From the NCBI GenBank assembly GCA_048940445.1, contig JBHLON010000038.1:5790-28810 (forward strand): a stretch of 23,021 nt of DNA. The letters run 5' to 3'. The position numbers were made by a program, and so were the translations under genes. This document shows, in pieces, positions 9,283 to 16,950 of this stretch (positions within the stretch are counted from its first letter, which is position 1; each line of letters starts with the position of its first letter). The notes beneath the pieces are model-generated. The model was given only the letters and a program-made list of their open reading frames with translations. It made no database searches and was not told where the DNA came from. This DNA comes from Promethearchaeota archaeon (lineage in GTDB: Archaea; Asgardarchaeota; Lokiarchaeia; Sigyniarchaeales; SOKP01).

Positions 9283-9789
9283 TTATCTTACTATTAAAAT
9301 ATCGCAATGAACTTCATTTATCGCTCTCTCTACAATGCTTCCAGAAAAAATCTGTTCTAATTTAGAATGTTCGCCTTTACTCCCTAAAACTACAAGATCA
9401 AAATCTTCCTCTTCAACAATCCTTTCAATATAGTCCTCTGGTTTTTCCTCAGTAATTAGCCTGGTTTCAATATCAATATTTCTTTTTTTGAAGATTTCTC
9501 TTGTCTTATCTAGAATTTTTTTTCCATGAAATTTATAATCTTCCTCAATTTTTCTATAATCAACAGAGGGGACAGCATAACTCGCTCCAAAAGCACTTGG
9601 AACGGTTATTGGCATTACATCTGGTAATATATGGTGTTTAGTGGAATGAAAAACAATTATTTTTGAATATTCTTTTTTAGTTTCTTCAATTGAATTGTTC
9701 TCAACTAAATTTAAGACTCTTTCAGCAGCGTGAAATGCAATTTCTGAATTATCCATTGCTAACAAAATTTTCTTATAAATATGTTTCAC
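9283..9789 (-). CDS. Universal stress protein (UspA family)
   Basis: YKKILLAMDNS start, DLVVLGSKG...FSGSIVER ATP-binding-type motif, CDILIVR end. Exact start codon uncertain. Confidence 0.93.
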   Translation of the reverse strand: MKHIYKKILLAMDNSEIAFHAAERVLNLVENNSIEETKKEYSKIIVFHSTKHHILPDVMPITVPSAFGASYAVPSVDYRKIEEDYKFHGKKILDKTREIFKKRNIDIETRLITEEKPEDYIERIVEEEDFDLVVLGSKGEHSKLEQIFSGSIVERAINEVHCDILIVR

Positions 9790-10163
9790 CTCTTGTGTAA
9801 TCCATACTAGTTATCACTTAAGATTTGCTAGTACTAAATCTAATTTAAATCTTAAGCTCATCTTTTAGAAGAAATTATTAAAATTTATTCACATGTTTTT
9901 AGTAATTTATTATTATGTTGGCTGCCTTTTCTAATTGTTTTAATTCTTGATACTGAAATCATCACCTGTTATTACAATTGTGTGATAATACTCAGCTAAA
10001 CCCTGAAATCCAGTTTAGCTATTCTGCTAAACGTTTTTTCAATTCAAAAAACCCTTTCCCTTAAAAAAGCTCTCAAAAATTTTATTACAAAACTAAGATT
10101 ATTTTTAAATTATAATTATTGAATAGCCAGTAGCATTATTATATCTTAGGAGTATCTTAAAAA

Positions 10164-11516
10164 ATGAGCATTTATGCTGAAGATGTACTTAGCTTTACTT
10201 CTGTATTGAAAATGTCCTATAATTTTTTATCTGGTAGAGATTATTTAAAAAAGCGGAAAACCCGTGAACGAAAGAAAGTAATTTCTGTAGCACTTGGATT
10301 CCCTGATTTAGTATTTGCAGCTAATGCAATTCCAGTTTTTCCAATTAGAATGGAATCATTTAAAATTAATACTCTTTTAATAGCATTAAATTCTGCTACT
10401 AGCGTTTTAGGATGGGATTTAACTTCAAAAGTTTTGGATATTGCGAAAAGATTTGATGTACTAAAAGTTGTTGATAAAATCCTAAATGATGTTATTGGAT
10501 CTGTAAATGATAAATATAACCAAATGTATGAATTAGGTTCTGAAGATGGAATCCCATCAGATTTGTGTTATGGAGTTAATGCGCTATATGGAATGCATAA
10601 GTCGGTGGGAAATCAAATTGATGGAAATTTGAACTTTGCCATGAGATGCGGAGAATGGAACAAATATTCTGAGTCTTTAAAATCATTGGTGCCGAATCAA
10701 GTGTGGATAGATTTACCTTCAAAAGAAATTGAAGATGAAAAAAATGCATTACAAATCATGAAAAGTAATGTCCAAAAAGCAATTAAGGAACTAGAAGGTA
10801 TTACAGGTAATTATGTTTCTGATGAAAGTCTTAGAAAACAATTCCGAATTGGAAATCAAGTTAAAAGATTTTATAAAACGATATTAAATGAGATTAGTCG
10901 AGGTAACTTCTATCCTTGTAATCCTGCTGTCTTTTCAGAAATTTTAGCACTACTCACTATTTCATTTCAAGATTATAATTCTAATGCTCAAAGATATCTG
11001 GAGAATTTAAGTCAATTAGTTAAAGAAATGAGAGAGAGGGTTAAGAAAGGAATAGGTATGGATGTTTCGAATAGACCTCGCTTGTTATTCTCTCCTATGT
11101 TCACAGGCTGGGAACCGGAAATTCATGAAATTGTATCTGAATTAGGGGGAATACTAATTTATGCAGATTGGGAACTTTTAGGATTACTTGAAGAGATTCC
11201 AGTATCCAATAATTCCGATCCTACTGAAGATTATGCTCAATTCCTCTTAAAAGCCTCAAAGGAAGGAATTGGGTGCAATATTGACAATTTAAAGAATTCT
11301 TACTTCAAGATTGCTAAAGAAATGCAAATAGATGGATTGATTTTTAATCAAGCTTTTGGATGTCCTTCTATATCGAACATTTATGACAGCCTAAAAGAAG
11401 AAATTAAGAATGATCTTGATATTCCTGCAATTGGAATTACATTCCGAAAAATAGGGGATAATGTAGAAGAAGTAAAAAATCGTCTAAAACCATTTATGGA
11501 TATGTTTAGTCACTAA
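10164..11516 (+). CDS. 2-hydroxyacyl-CoA dehydratase / benzoyl-CoA reductase subunit family protein (HgdA/B, FldB/C, BcrB/C-like)
   Basis: PDLVFAANAIP, GIPSDLC, RCGEW, ELEGITGNYVSDESLR, RPRLL and IDGLIFNQAFGC..DIP..RL..F patterns of the HGD-D family, with candidate Fe-S cysteines. Confidence 0.85.
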   Translation: MSIYAEDVLSFTSVLKMSYNFLSGRDYLKKRKTRERKKVISVALGFPDLVFAANAIPVFPIRMESFKINTLLIALNSATSVLGWDLTSKVLDIAKRFDVLKVVDKILNDVIGSVNDKYNQMYELGSEDGIPSDLCYGVNALYGMHKSVGNQIDGNLNFAMRCGEWNKYSESLKSLVPNQVWIDLPSKEIEDEKNALQIMKSNVQKAIKELEGITGNYVSDESLRKQFRIGNQVKRFYKTILNEISRGNFYPCNPAVFSEILALLTISFQDYNSNAQRYLENLSQLVKEMRERVKKGIGMDVSNRPRLLFSPMFTGWEPEIHEIVSELGGILIYADWELLGLLEEIPVSNNSDPTEDYAQFLLKASKEGIGCNIDNLKNSYFKIAKEMQIDGLIFNQAFGCPSISNIYDSLKEEIKNDLDIPAIGITFRKIGDNVEEVKNRLKPFMDMFSH

Positions 11517-11520
11517 TAAA

Positions 11521-12081
11521 TTATGACTTTTTAAATAAATCTGATGGCTTCATAAGATGAGGTTCTTCTTCATCCTCGTCTTTTTTCTTTTTTGGAGGAA
11601 CATATCCATATAATTCAGATTCTTGTTGGGAAGATGCTCCATTTGGAGGATTAAGATTAATTTCAGCAGTAATTTGTTCAGGTTGTTGTCCTACTGAGAC
11701 TATATGTGGATAATCTGTTGAATGAATCGAAGATGACTTTAATACTTTTAATTCACTTAAAACTTTTTCTAAATTCATTGTCTGAACGCTCTTATTCATG
11801 GTATCCATGATTTCTTGTAGGGATTTAGATGTTTCTCTGAGGCCTTTAGGGTTGATGCCCGTGAGTAATGAATCTAAATTATTATTAATGTTTTCATTTA
11901 ATTCTTTCAATGAATCTAAGACTGTAGACCAGTGCTTATTCATTTGGGATTCAATTGCACTAATCATTTTGATCGTTTCATTCATGAAACTAACATGAGC
12001 CTCATATCTCTCTTCATCTTTGGCTCGTAGATCAGAAATTAACATAATAAGCTTTCTTAAAGCTTCTTTCTCTTCACTCAT
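11521..12081 (-). CDS. Hypothetical protein: ~115-aa helical / coiled-coil domain plus disordered Pro-rich, charged tail
   Basis: Clean ATG ORF of 186 aa with heptad-like hydrophobic pattern. Tail ends PPKKKKDEDEEEPHLMKPSDLFKKS. Confidence 0.8.
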   Translation of the reverse strand: MSEEKEALRKLIMLISDLRAKDEERYEAHVSFMNETIKMISAIESQMNKHWSTVLDSLKELNENINNNLDSLLTGINPKGLRETSKSLQEIMDTMNKSVQTMNLEKVLSELKVLKSSSIHSTDYPHIVSVGQQPEQITAEINLNPPNGASSQQESELYGYVPPKKKKDEDEEEPHLMKPSDLFKKS

Positions 12082-12203
12082 TTTTTAATATAATCTCTTT
12101 TATTTTCTTATTATAGTAGTGATTATGCTAAAATATATATGTATTTATATTTATTTAGATCTTCCATAATTCAAATTTATATCTATGGAATTTGTAATAT
12201 GCA

Positions 12204-12222
12204 TTTTCAAGAATCTTGAAAA
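12204..12222. promoter_or_regulatory. Perfect inverted repeat TTTTCAAGA-A-TCTTGAAAA, candidate transcription-factor operator
   Basis: 9-bp arms with 1-nt spacer in the divergent intergenic region, just upstream of TATA-like TTTTATAAATAAA (~12233-12245). Confidence 0.5.
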
Positions 12223-12301
12223 ATTGAAATTATTTTATAAATAAAGCTAAATAAAATATATTCATTACATTCTGATTATTTTATTTTTTGATTGATGTTC
12301 T

Positions 12302-13786
12302 ATGTCAAAGCAAAGTTTAAAATGGCCTAATCATCCACGAATTATCGAAATTAACACATGGCCATGGTTACATTCTTTATCAGAAATCTATGGTCATAAA
12401 ATTGAGTTAAATAACATACCTATCGAATTGATTGACCAAGAATTAAAATATTTTGATTGTATATGGTTAATGGGGGTATGGGAAAGAAGTCCGAGAGCAA
12501 GGGATATTGCTCTTCAAAGCGAAAGTTTACAAAAGGAGTATAAAAAAGCTTTGGATTATTATAACACAGATGATGTCATCGGTTCTCCTTATGCAGTTCA
12601 TTATTACCACGTAGATGCACATTTAGGTGGCACTGAAGCATTAACTATTTTTCGTGAACAATTACATGATCATGGCCTATTATTAATGCTGGATTATGTT
12701 CCTAATCATGTATCAGTAGATCATATATGGACTCTAGAAAAGTCAAATTTATTTATAAAGGGCACCCTTGATGATTTAATGAAAAAACCTTTTGAATATT
12801 TTTCAGTTGGTAAAAGAGTCTATGCACATGGACGTGATCCCAATTTTCCACCTTGGAATGATACCGTACAAATCAATGCTTTTACTTCAGATGCTCGTAA
12901 TAAAGCATTTAATACCTTACTTTCGATTGCAGCTCAATGTGATGGAGTGCGTTGCGATATGGCAATGTTAATGATTAATGATATTTTTAGTAAAACTTGG
13001 GGAGAAAAAGCTGGTGAACTCCCTGAGCGTGAATATTGGGAAGAAATTATACCTAAAGTAAAGGAAAAATATCCAAACTTTAAATTTATTGCAGAAGTAT
13101 ATTGGGATTTAGAATGGAAACTTCAACAGCAAGGTTTTGATTATTGTTATGATAAAAGACTTTATGAACGTTTAGCTAATGAAGATGCTACATCGATTAA
13201 GGAACATTTACAAGCAGATTGGACATATCAGAAAAAATTATTGCGTTTCATTGAAAATCATGACGAACAGAGAGCAGTGGCTGTTTTTGGAGAAGAAGCA
13301 TCTATGGCAGCAGCATTAATTATATTAACTTTACCTGGAGCTAGATTACTTTTTGAAGGTCAAATGCATGGATATGAGAAGAAGTTACCAATTCAGTTAG
13401 GAAAATATCCTACTGAACCAGATAACATTGATATCATGTTATTTTATGATATTTTATTAGATATTATTCCTGGGAAAGAATTTGATAATGGACGTTGGTC
13501 GTTATGCAAGATAAATCCTGTTGATGATAATTCATACAATAACATTATTGCTTATCAATGGATTACAGAGAAAGACAGATTATTAATAGTAGTCAATTAT
13601 AGTTTACAGCCTTCAGGAGCTCACATAATTTTAGAAGAAATAGACTATAATGCAACAAATTGGAGCTTTAATGATTTACTTAACCAAAAAAAGTATTCTT
13701 ACAATAGTCAGGATCTTAAAGAAAATGGACTATTTGTTAGACTAGAACCATGGAAAGGACATCTTTTTCAAGTAAAAAAAGTTTAA
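12302..13786 (+). CDS. Alpha-amylase family glycoside hydrolase (GH13), cytoplasmic
   Basis: Conserved regions DYVPNH, DGVRCDMA (nucleophile Asp), FIAEVY (acid Glu), FIENHD. No signal peptide. Confidence 0.94.
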   Translation: MSKQSLKWPNHPRIIEINTWPWLHSLSEIYGHKIELNNIPIELIDQELKYFDCIWLMGVWERSPRARDIALQSESLQKEYKKALDYYNTDDVIGSPYAVHYYHVDAHLGGTEALTIFREQLHDHGLLLMLDYVPNHVSVDHIWTLEKSNLFIKGTLDDLMKKPFEYFSVGKRVYAHGRDPNFPPWNDTVQINAFTSDARNKAFNTLLSIAAQCDGVRCDMAMLMINDIFSKTWGEKAGELPEREYWEEIIPKVKEKYPNFKFIAEVYWDLEWKLQQQGFDYCYDKRLYERLANEDATSIKEHLQADWTYQKKLLRFIENHDEQRAVAVFGEEASMAAALIILTLPGARLLFEGQMHGYEKKLPIQLGKYPTEPDNIDIMLFYDILLDIIPGKEFDNGRWSLCKINPVDDNSYNNIIAYQWITEKDRLLIVVNYSLQPSGAHIILEEIDYNATNWSFNDLLNQKKYSYNSQDLKENGLFVRLEPWKGHLFQVKKV

Positions 13787-15639
13787 TGTACTGTCACTGT
13801 TTTTGCTAAATTTAATGGTTGATCTGGATCTAATCCATGTTTAAGAGCAGCATAATAAGATAATAACTGTAATGCTGGTATAAAAGTGATTGGACTGAAT
13901 ATATTGTGGTATTTATCACTTGGTTGAGGTATTCTAATTGTTGTATCACTAAGATTAGTGATTTTTTGATCATCATCTACAACAAGTGAAATTATTCTTC
14001 CTCCTCTTGCTTTAAATTCCATAACATTTCCTACTAGTCTTTCATACGTTTCATCTGGAGGCGCAATAAATATTATCGGAAAACCTTCCCTCACTAATGA
14101 GATTGGTCCGTGTTTTGCGTGAGCTGCGGAATAACCTTCAATAAATCTACAAGCAACTTCTTTCAGTTTCAAACCACCTTCTTTAGCTATGGCAATTGAA
14201 ATCCCTCTTGCTAAATAAAAGAAGTTATGACTTTTATCCAGACTTTCTACAAGATCTTTTATTATTTCAACATTATGTTGTAAAAAATTTTCTATAATTT
14301 CAGGAGTTTTATAAAGGGCATTATAATACTTTTTTAAGTCCTCATCAGGTATTATTTTCCTCAACATTGCAATTTTTAAAGCTATTAGTGAGAGCGTCAA
14401 CACTTGAGTACAATAGGTTTTCGTAGCGGCAACACCTATTTCAGGTCCAGCTTGAGTATTAATTACATAATCTGAATATCTAGTAAGAGAAGAACCTACC
14501 ACATTAGTTATTGATAAAATTTTAATTTTTTTACCTAATTTCTCTTTTGCCCATCTGATGGCTTCAATTAAATCTATAGTTTCTCCTGATTGGGAAATTG
14601 CAATAATAACAGAACCTTCTTTTAGAGCATTACCTAATTGAACTTTAAACTCTGAGCATTCAATTGCCTCAATATATTTATCTAAAAACTTAGTGATTAT
14701 AAACTTACCTGCCAATGAAGCATAAAAAGAAGTACCCGCTGCGGTTATATATATATTTGAAGCACCCCATAAAATATCAGCAAAAGTTTTAAGCAAATCA
14801 TTTGAAATTCTCATTGTCTTCCTTAAAGCAATAGGTTCTTCATATATTTCTTTCAACATAAAATGCTCATAACCTCCCTTTTCTGCTGCGTCAATGGTCC
14901 ACTCTATGTTTTGCATCTCTTTCTTTTTTGGAATATCTATTTCATTTAAGTTATAGAATTCTACAGAACCGGGACCTAAAATTGCCATTTCATCATCTTC
15001 TAATATAAAGCAATTCCGAGTGTATGGTAAAAAAGCAGGGATATCTGAAGCACAGTAAGAACTATGGTGCTGTTCCAATCCAACTACGATGGGTGATTCT
15101 TTTCGTACAGCAATAAGAGTGTTAGGATAATCAGCATGACAAATAGCAACACTATATGCACCCTTACATTTTTTAATTGCTTTAGCAACCGCATTTTTGA
15201 AATCGAAATTTTGATTCATATAGTCTTCAATAAGATGAGGGATTATTTCAGTATCTGTATCAGAAATGAAGTGATGCCCTTTAGATTCTAGTTCTTCTTT
15301 TAATTCAATGAAATTATCTAAAATACCATTATGAACAACTGCGATTTTTTCATTACAATCTACATGCGGATGACTATTAATTTTTGTGGGTGCTCCATGA
15401 GTTGCCCACCGTGTATGGGCCAATGCTAGTCTAGAACCATTTGGAAATTCGTCTAATTTAAGTCTTTGATGTATTTCATCAATTTTACCGGCATCTTTTT
15501 TTATATATAATTTTGAATCAAAAGGAGTCACTATACCACATGAATCATATCCACGATATTCTAGGCGTTTAATTCCTTCAAGTGCAATTTTACCAATCGA
15601 AAGATTTTGATTAGTAATAACGCCGAATATGCCACACAA
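13783..15639 (-). CDS. glmS: Glutamine--fructose-6-phosphate aminotransferase (isomerizing)
   Basis: MCGI N-terminal nucleophile, LEYRGYDS, HTRWATHG, HNG, DTDTE, SQSGET, VAATKT, LKLKE, KHGP, NLAKTVTV. Confidence 0.97.
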   Translation of the reverse strand: MCGIFGVITNQNLSIGKIALEGIKRLEYRGYDSCGIVTPFDSKLYIKKDAGKIDEIHQRLKLDEFPNGSRLALAHTRWATHGAPTKINSHPHVDCNEKIAVVHNGILDNFIELKEELESKGHHFISDTDTEIIPHLIEDYMNQNFDFKNAVAKAIKKCKGAYSVAICHADYPNTLIAVRKESPIVVGLEQHHSSYCASDIPAFLPYTRNCFILEDDEMAILGPGSVEFYNLNEIDIPKKKEMQNIEWTIDAAEKGGYEHFMLKEIYEEPIALRKTMRISNDLLKTFADILWGASNIYITAAGTSFYASLAGKFIITKFLDKYIEAIECSEFKVQLGNALKEGSVIIAISQSGETIDLIEAIRWAKEKLGKKIKILSITNVVGSSLTRYSDYVINTQAGPEIGVAATKTYCTQVLTLSLIALKIAMLRKIIPDEDLKKYYNALYKTPEIIENFLQHNVEIIKDLVESLDKSHNFFYLARGISIAIAKEGGLKLKEVACRFIEGYSAAHAKHGPISLVREGFPIIFIAPPDETYERLVGNVMEFKARGGRIISLVVDDDQKITNLSDTTIRIPQPSDKYHNIFSPITFIPALQLLSYYAALKHGLDPDQPLNLAKTVTVH

Positions 15640-15821
15640 GTGTAATCTTCTCTTTTTATTATGTAAATCGAGTTATAATTTAATTAATTTTAGTCATTTA
15701 ATAATGTTTTGTTATTTTTTTATTATTTTAATAGATTTAATGTAAATAACTTAAAAAATAATGTTAAGTATTTAAAGAATATCTTAAAATTGACTACATT
15801 GACAGTCTATAATATAAAGAA

Positions 15822-16943
15822 GTGAATTATTTGGGTGAGACAGAGAAGATTATTAAAAGAAAGAGTTTGGGCAAATTTACAGAAAAAGAAATCTTTGAAA
15901 TTCCAGCGATATTAAATAAAGTAATTCAGCAAAAGGAATTGATAAGTAAACTTGCTAAAGTGTTAGTTACTAGAGATATACATCTAACGTATTTAATCGG
16001 ATCTGGTAGTTCGTATCATGCTGGATTTGCAATGTCATATATGTTTAATCGTTTAACCAAGATTCCCTCTTTTACTGAATTCTCAATGGAGTTTCAATAT
16101 TTAATAGAACCTATTTTAAGAGTAAATGACTGTGTAATAGCATTATCTCAAAGCGGAGAAACAAAGGATACAATTGATTCCATAATTTTAGCTAAAACAA
16201 GAGGATGTTTAACCATTGGAATTACGAATAATCCAAAATCGAATTTAGCACAAATATGTGATTTTATTATTGATTTAAAATGTGGAAAAGAAATATCTAT
16301 ATTAGCAACAAAGACATACGTATCAGAATTAGCAGTATTAGCTATTCTTTCCCTTGAAGTCGCGAAGGAAAGAAAATCAATCTCAAATGAAGAGTACAAT
16401 AAGATTTGGGTGGAACTAATACGAATTTCAGATAGAATCTATTCAATACTCCCTCAAATTCATGAAAAAGCGAAAATTTATTCTAACCATTTTAAAAATA
16501 CTAAATATTGTTTCATTTTAGGGAGTGGACCTGACTATGCCACTGCTTTGGAAGCAGCCCTTAAACTAAAGGAGGGTGCAAGGATCTTTGGTCAAGCCTA
16601 TTCTACTGCAGAATTTCCGCATGGTCCAATAACACTGGCTGATTCTGAAACGTGCATTTTAGCCATAATTCCACATGAAGATGATAAAAGAAAAAAAAAA
16701 CTTTTAGACTTATTAAAACGAATTAAGGAAAAACAATCAATTATTTTAGGAGTACACGAGTTTATTCAAAAAGATAAACCACCGAGACCAGTAGATTATG
16801 GTATAGAAGTCCCTAATACTCTCGAGGATTTACAACCATTAATTATGATATTAGCTATCCAATTATTAACTCTCGAGATATCTCGATCTATTAATATAGA
16901 TTGTGATACACCAAAATTTCTCTCAAAAGTAACTGGAATTTGA
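15822..16943 (+). CDS. SIS-domain sugar-phosphate isomerase/deaminase (GlmS isomerase-only paralogue; GlmD/FrlB-like)
   Basis: KEIFEIP, GSGSS, SQSGET, ATKTY, EAALKLKE, EFPHGP, C-tail PKFLSKVT. No glutaminase domain. Confidence 0.88.
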   Translation: MNYLGETEKIIKRKSLGKFTEKEIFEIPAILNKVIQQKELISKLAKVLVTRDIHLTYLIGSGSSYHAGFAMSYMFNRLTKIPSFTEFSMEFQYLIEPILRVNDCVIALSQSGETKDTIDSIILAKTRGCLTIGITNNPKSNLAQICDFIIDLKCGKEISILATKTYVSELAVLAILSLEVAKERKSISNEEYNKIWVELIRISDRIYSILPQIHEKAKIYSNHFKNTKYCFILGSGPDYATALEAALKLKEGARIFGQAYSTAEFPHGPITLADSETCILAIIPHEDDKRKKKLLDLLKRIKEKQSIILGVHEFIQKDKPPRPVDYGIEVPNTLEDLQPLIMILAIQLLTLEISRSINIDCDTPKFLSKVTGI

Positions 16944-16950
16944 CGATTTA

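Noticed and set aside
9940-9970. Minus-strand GGTGATGATTTC as the start of a fluoride riboswitch
   Set aside because: The complementary strand needed to close P1 is absent and there is no fluoride-related gene downstream.
11798-11998. 66-aa antisense ORF
   Set aside because: Antisense shadow of 11521..12081 with Ser/Leu/Phe-rich composition typical of reverse frames.
15640-15821. glmS ribozyme upstream of glmS
   Set aside because: The region is extremely AT-rich and short, is shared with a divergent gene, and shows no ribozyme core or stable helices.
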